This document shows positions 61,201-64,000 of a stretch of 64,000 nucleotides of DNA, piece by piece. The stretch comes from Myxococcota bacterium (GTDB lineage Bacteria > Myxococcota_A > UBA796 > UBA2385), in the NCBI GenBank assembly GCA_044344255.1, contig JBIJDH010000022.1, forward strand, positions 76,044-140,043, written 5' to 3'. Position 1 is the stretch's first letter; each line of letters opens with the position of its first letter. The position numbers and the translations under genes are program-made. The notes below the pieces were generated by a model. It worked only from the letters and a program-made list of their open reading frames with translations. It had not been told where the DNA came from and searched no databases.

Positions 61201-63661
61201 GGCCTTCGGCGACACCCGCATCGAGGACATCGAGCTGTCGCGCCCCATCGTGGTCCACCCCACCGAAGGCGTGGAGATCGAGCTCCGCGCCCTCGTGCGA
61301 GAGGCCGAAGAGGACGGCTCCACCGTCATCGTCGAGGCCGCTATCCACGTCTCGACGAGCGGCTTCTCTGCGGCCCACTTCAGCGCCCGCTTCGTGCTCG
61401 ACGCCCCAGCCCCGGCCTCCGAGCCCGCCCCCGCCGAGACCCGCGCCCTGGACCTCCTCCCGGCAGACGACCTCTACTCGGGCCTCCTCTTCCAGGGCCC
61501 CTGTTTCCAGCGCATCCGTCGGGTCTTGTCCCTCGACCAGCGCGCCGTCACCTACGAGACGGAGTGGCGGGACAGCACCCTGTCGGCCCCCGAGGGCTTC
61601 TCGGAGGCGGCCCGGCGGCCCCTCGTGCTCGGCGACCCTTACCACCGCGACACGCTGCTCCAGGCGGCCCAGCTCGTCGTCACCCCCGAGGTGGCGCTGC
61701 CTGTGCGCATCGACTGCATCGAGCTCGCCGCCCCTTCGCGCCGCGCCCCCGGCCCCGCGCTGGCCCGCTCGTGCCACCTCGGCCGCGAGGGGGCGGTGCT
61801 GCTCGGTGAGGTGGAGGCCTGGGACGCCGATGGACAGCTCGTGGAGCGCATCCTCGGCTACCGGCTGCGGGTGCTCGAGCGCGACGAGCGCCTGCCAGAC
61901 GTGGCCCGCCTGCTCAACCCCGAAGCGGGCGACACGGTCGAGCTCCAGTCCCGCCTGGACGGGCTCGCTGCCAGCTTCGGGCGCGTGGCCCCCCGCGTGG
62001 CGCTGCTCCATCGACGGGGCCTGCACGGCATCTCCCGAGAGGCGCGCCGCCTCGTCACCGGGCCCCTGCTCGGCCTCGCCGCCGAGCGCGCCGGCCTCTC
62101 CGGGGAGCCGCGCTGGGAGGACAGCGGTCGCCCCATCCTCTCCGGGGCGGAGGGCGCGGGCATCTCTCTCGCCCATGACGAGGCCACCTGCCTCGCCGTC
62201 GCGGGGAGCGGGCCCCAGGGCTGCGACCTCGTCCAGGCGGTGACGCACCCGGCCGAGCACTGGGGGCGGATGCTCTCCCGAAACGCAGGCGTCTACGGTC
62301 GCCTGCGGGTCACCGAAGGGGTGGACCGCGCCGGCCGATTGATCTGGGCCGCCCAGGAGGCCGCGATGAAGGCGCTCGGCACCGACGCCGCCCGCCTCGA
62401 CCGGGAGCGGGGGCGCGGTGGGGGCTGGATCTTCGAGGCCCATGCCCCCGATGGCAGCGGCAGCGTCGATGTTCTCGCGTTGGTCGTGCGCCTCGCCCGA
62501 GGTGGAGATCGGGTCGTGGCGGCGGTGGTCCCCCGCCCCGCTCCGTCGGTGTCGGCTCCGCGGGAGTCGGCCCCGGTGGCCCCGCCGCCCGCCGCTCCGA
62601 TCGCGCCGCGACCCACACCCTCGACGCCGGGCCTGCCCGCCGCCGACGAGGCGCGCGATGGACACGGCATGCAGATGCGTGCGGACGGCCCCGAGGGTCA
62701 GCTCTGCTTCCACCAGCCCTCGATGGTGGTCTTCAAGGAGGCCTCCGAGCCGAGCGGGGTGCTGCGCCCGAGCCACCTCTTCCGTCGAATGGGGGAGCTC
62801 CGCGAGCTGGCCGCCCGCCCGGTGCTGGACAATTGGGTCGCGGACTTCCGCACCGGTCGATGGGGGGCGGTGACCAATTACAGCCGGCTCCACCTGCTCG
62901 GGACCGCCGAGACAGGGGACACGCTGGAGGGGCGGGTCTGGTCCTCCGGCCTGTCGGGCCCGATGGACGCGACGATCGAGCTGCGCTTCGCCTGGGACCG
63001 CGTCTCGGCCTCGGGCGAGCGGGGCCCGGTGGCGGAGGGGTCGATGGCGACCACCTGGGTGGAGATCACGGGCCACGGGGAGGCCAAGGTGGCGCCCAAC
63101 CCACCCTACTTCCAGGCCTTCGCCGAGCGTATCGGCCCGCCGACCGCCGCCCCTGTCGCGCCCATGCCCGAGCCCCCCGCCTTCGAGCGCGGACCGCTCG
63201 TCTACGAGGCCGCGCGGCGTCCGGGGCGGCAGCCGATTCACCGGAGCCGTTTCCAGACGAGCCGCGAGCACTCGAATATCGTGGGCAATATCTACTTCGC
63301 CCACTACCCGACCTGGCAGGGAGAGGCCGTGGACCAGATGCTCAACCGCCTCGACCCCTCCACCGCTCGGGACCGCTCGGGCGAGCTCCGACTCCAGCGC
63401 GCGGGGGTGGAGCATTACCGCGAGGCGATGCCCTTCGATGAGATCGAGGTGGCCGTGCATGTAGACGAGCTCCACGCACAGGGCCTCAAGCTCACCGTCG
63501 AGCTCTTCCGCGCGACCGGGGGGGGCCCAGGGGAGGGTGGCTCCGAGAAGCTGGCGGTCGGCCAGGTGGAAGGGGTCTGGTTCGCCCCCGAGGGAGCGGA
63601 GTGGCGACCCGCTCCATTCCCCCCGCAGCTCGCGGCCGGGCTTCGACGCGGGATGGCCTGA
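55232..63661 (+). CDS. Enediyne-PKSE-like iterative type I PKS: KS-AT-GAF-GAF-ACP-ACP-KR-DH-PPTase-TE-TE (2809 aa)
   Basis: GGAG RBS. KS: DGACSSS, EGHGTGT, GHTKAA and PKSE-typical GNTLTGE..RAN.MRLRWP and EDSLAGGLANTIAGRVCN. AT: GHSLG, AFHS. Two LNLDSIK ACPs (Ser codons 59258 and 59495). KR: GGAKGIT, NAWYAFSNE. DH: HDFKGSLLFP, GDPYHRD. PPTase: SLAH, GCD, WAAQEAAMK. Hot-dog TE: SNIVGNIYFAHY. Confidence 0.92.
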   Translation: MSRPVEPIAIIGLACRYPGAPDARALWENILARRQQFRQMPDCRLPIADYHSLDRAVEDVTYGKRAAVIDGWSFDPAAHRVPRSSFESTDVVHWLTLDIAKQAVESAGLNLDGMDRDRIGMVLGNTLTGEETRANTMRLRWPTLRRALRHAALATGLDPDEGPELELALEQTWKSIFPRITEDSLAGGLANTIAGRVCNVLDLHGGGWVVDGACSSSLLAVATAAELIASGQLDIALCGGVDVSLDPFELVGFAKATALSAGDMNVYDKRGKGFIPGEGCGVVVLQRLDHARRDGHPVLAQLRGWGISSDGKGGITAPSARGQALALRRAYERAGYSPHSLDFVEGHGTGTAVGDRVELEGISEAVDAFGEKRSRSIGVTSFKSIVGHTKAAAGIGGFIKAVLAVNQRVVPPTAGCVEPHTVFGERARALYPVLRGEQRPLTDRLRAGVSAMGFGGINSHVTLESGDAPDPAFALGRDPSTLKPWESEVFPIAAPSREALLAAAQALSLDAAGISVAELGDLAIRTAARLGQGPCRAAVVASSPDELVAALGALLVRLQSGEPLEIDRKVGLFAGARATGEVDAAPRVGFLFPGQGSQLLGMAGGLLDRYAWARELAAEADGWVAGFPAFQAEPLSAFMQRPTWRDPAGESQAEWKAALTRTEVAQPAIALASLLWFELLRRVGLSPAVTGGHSLGELMALCASGAFDAATLLQIAALRGQAMAAPAADAGTMAALVCDPALALSLLEGTAAVLANRNSPEQCVVSGTLADVERVVERAAAAGLRARRLTVSNAFHSPLVAAAAAQVAADPRVPRRAAGLTTTTLSCTDGAPFSADADLRAHLGRQITAPVDFIRLAAAMAESADLLIEVGPGRVLSGLVERCAVGRACLPAEGQPGRDRDAALLFAEAFTRGCDLSWSALYEGRFARPFVPARELHFYENPCERPFARVVLPELQALPRALRLRPGGRASGQLGELVTLLSTALSATHVAIYVSQASSLDLLSALPERSRRSLPSGQGIVAQVLAAGLMRAVPLLAAEPGFRPEVDGWPATLLQGALYLPVPLEAGTAVVMVARSGAEPFTEADQRTLSALAGSARPFIGQAHLELQVENAHALEAKLRGWATEIERDQPVSTLIESWIEAAVSSYGTEAGSLFLYDRRREELVSVAAVAPGEKGSLRAVTLRFPANRGIAGHVLTTGEDVHIDDAYGDPRFNPAVDKQTGFRTRTIDCMALVDDAGQAIGVLQLLNRDDRRWGPAERDGLRRLATQLSALLRLSKLVEGVQGSVEAPAAAPAEGAASAGSAASAAGAPRALLYGLVTRLTGFALDSLHGGLRLLDDLNLDSIKAGSLLAELGKGLGLPPGKLEGLANGTLDEILGRVGGSATDAAALEAKLYALVEERTGFARSTLHGGLRLLDDLNLDSIKAGSLLAELSKAAGLSAAPEGLANASLSDILARLQPSAAAEVHIQDPLPPAWVRDFTVSWSPAPLLPPPLPPMGEAEKGDGAGLLVVSDSDDALRVALQAALPAARFSDDETSGINEEGGPVRHLVVLAPTGPPDVERDVRRLAVTHRLREGGLDGALAAITFVQRGDGRMGQQEPEGGHHLGLRAFAASVSQDRPGLIVRALDLHRHLSDEAALQALGGELRLPRSGAAGVDALGARLEPALHTLSAKEARGAVALPGPGELILVTGGAKGITAECALALGRETGARFVLIGSSAAEPGGEVEGTLRRFAEAGLLAEYRRCDVGDAGAVTALVAAVQAERGPIVGFIHGAGLNKPRPAEQVPAEAALREIRPKLLGATHFLAALESAPPRLIIGLTSIIGVVGMPGNAWYAFSNERLDLALRDFAARHPGTHAVSHAWSVWDEVGMGVKLGSVDHLAQKGISAIPVEEGLRHFLRWVKRSPPDTQVVMTSRLGGLGAAGGSLPDPGRYTGSPRAFTPGVEWVSRVRLSADTDRFVYDHDFKGSLLFPTVYGLEAMGQAVLAVTGRPAFGDTRIEDIELSRPIVVHPTEGVEIELRALVREAEEDGSTVIVEAAIHVSTSGFSAAHFSARFVLDAPAPASEPAPAETRALDLLPADDLYSGLLFQGPCFQRIRRVLSLDQRAVTYETEWRDSTLSAPEGFSEAARRPLVLGDPYHRDTLLQAAQLVVTPEVALPVRIDCIELAAPSRRAPGPALARSCHLGREGAVLLGEVEAWDADGQLVERILGYRLRVLERDERLPDVARLLNPEAGDTVELQSRLDGLAASFGRVAPRVALLHRRGLHGISREARRLVTGPLLGLAAERAGLSGEPRWEDSGRPILSGAEGAGISLAHDEATCLAVAGSGPQGCDLVQAVTHPAEHWGRMLSRNAGVYGRLRVTEGVDRAGRLIWAAQEAAMKALGTDAARLDRERGRGGGWIFEAHAPDGSGSVDVLALVVRLARGGDRVVAAVVPRPAPSVSAPRESAPVAPPPAAPIAPRPTPSTPGLPAADEARDGHGMQMRADGPEGQLCFHQPSMVVFKEASEPSGVLRPSHLFRRMGELRELAARPVLDNWVADFRTGRWGAVTNYSRLHLLGTAETGDTLEGRVWSSGLSGPMDATIELRFAWDRVSASGERGPVAEGSMATTWVEITGHGEAKVAPNPPYFQAFAERIGPPTAAPVAPMPEPPAFERGPLVYEAARRPGRQPIHRSRFQTSREHSNIVGNIYFAHYPTWQGEAVDQMLNRLDPSTARDRSGELRLQRAGVEHYREAMPFDEIEVAVHVDELHAQGLKLTVELFRATGGGPGEGGSEKLAVGQVEGVWFAPEGAEWRPAPFPPQLAAGLRRGMA

Positions 63662-63692
63662 ATGGACCGGCCCAGGATTCACTGCAGAGGAC

Positions 63693-63998
63693 ACGGCGGA
63701 GGGGGACTGTTCGCGTCCCCCGAGACGACCATGCTTCCAGCCTCCCCCATCATATGGGGGAGGTGCCGTCGCATCGACGGCGGAGGGGGACTGTTCGCGA
63801 ACCCCAAGACGACCCTGGTTTCAGCCTCCCCCATCATATGGGGGAGGTGCCGTCGCATCGACGGCGGAGGGGGACTGTTCGCGACCCCCGAGAGTGCGGG
63901 AGAGTGGCCTGTTCGCGAAGCCAACAGGAGGGCATACGCCCCCATTCGACTCGTTCATCGGCTTGGCATCGCGAGCAGTCCCCCTCCGGTGCCGATGC
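63693..63998. repeat. 84-bp-period palindromic repeat cluster (REP/BIME-like) with an inverted copy
   Basis: ACGGCGGAGGGGGACTGTTCGCG at 63693, 63777 and 63861; hairpin CCTCCCCCAT-CAT-ATGGGGGAGG at 63741 and 63825; degenerate inverted copy at 63970-63998. Confidence 0.88.
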
Positions 63999-64000
63999 GG

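Noticed and set aside
55169..63694. Very long minus-strand ORFs 55169-58570 (1133 aa) and 58778-63694 (1638 aa)
   Set aside because: Antisense shadows of the PKS. High GC3 codon bias suppresses stops, and the translations have no recognisable motifs.
63693..63890. CRISPR array
   Set aside because: The inter-repeat segments are nearly identical to each other rather than unique spacers, an inverted copy is present, and no cas genes are seen.
63679..63945. 88-aa minus-strand ORF with internal repeats
   Set aside because: Best explained as translation of the 84-bp DNA repeat (a multiple of 3); no independent coding evidence.

Overview
A very GC-rich bacterial window (flanking 60-nt lines about 75% GC). 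MYXO-CTERM sorting tails, Ser/Thr kinases, a sigma-54 activator and many lipoproteins suggest a Myxococcota/deltaproteobacterial genome (inference). No rRNA, tRNA, CRISPR array or transposase was recognised. Ordinary content includes a Cpx-like two-component cluster, mutH, pyrC, a pncB-nadE-nrtR NAD salvage operon with a clear NrtR-type operator, and surface or lipoprotein genes. Three loci stand out. (1) 28.3-32.5 kb: a consensus sigma-54 promoter precedes a three-gene run of PyrH/SttH-type tryptophan halogenase, class I aminotransferase and a stand-alone bacterial GRAS-domain protein. The GRAS protein has all the plant GRAS motifs and an intact SAM-binding-like DxGxGxG, suggesting an undescribed halo-indole pathway in which GRAS is an enzyme or receptor. 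(2) 55.2-63.7 kb: an enediyne-PKSE-like iterative PKS has two GAF sensory domains inserted between AT and a duplicated ACP, plus a fused PPTase and tandem hot-dog thioesterases. (3) 4.5-8.5 kb: a lower-GC three-gene island (ABC-type ATPase, TOPRIM-like protein, DUF262) resembles a rearranged Menshen/PARIS-like anti-phage system. All family calls come from motif recognition by eye, not from database searches.
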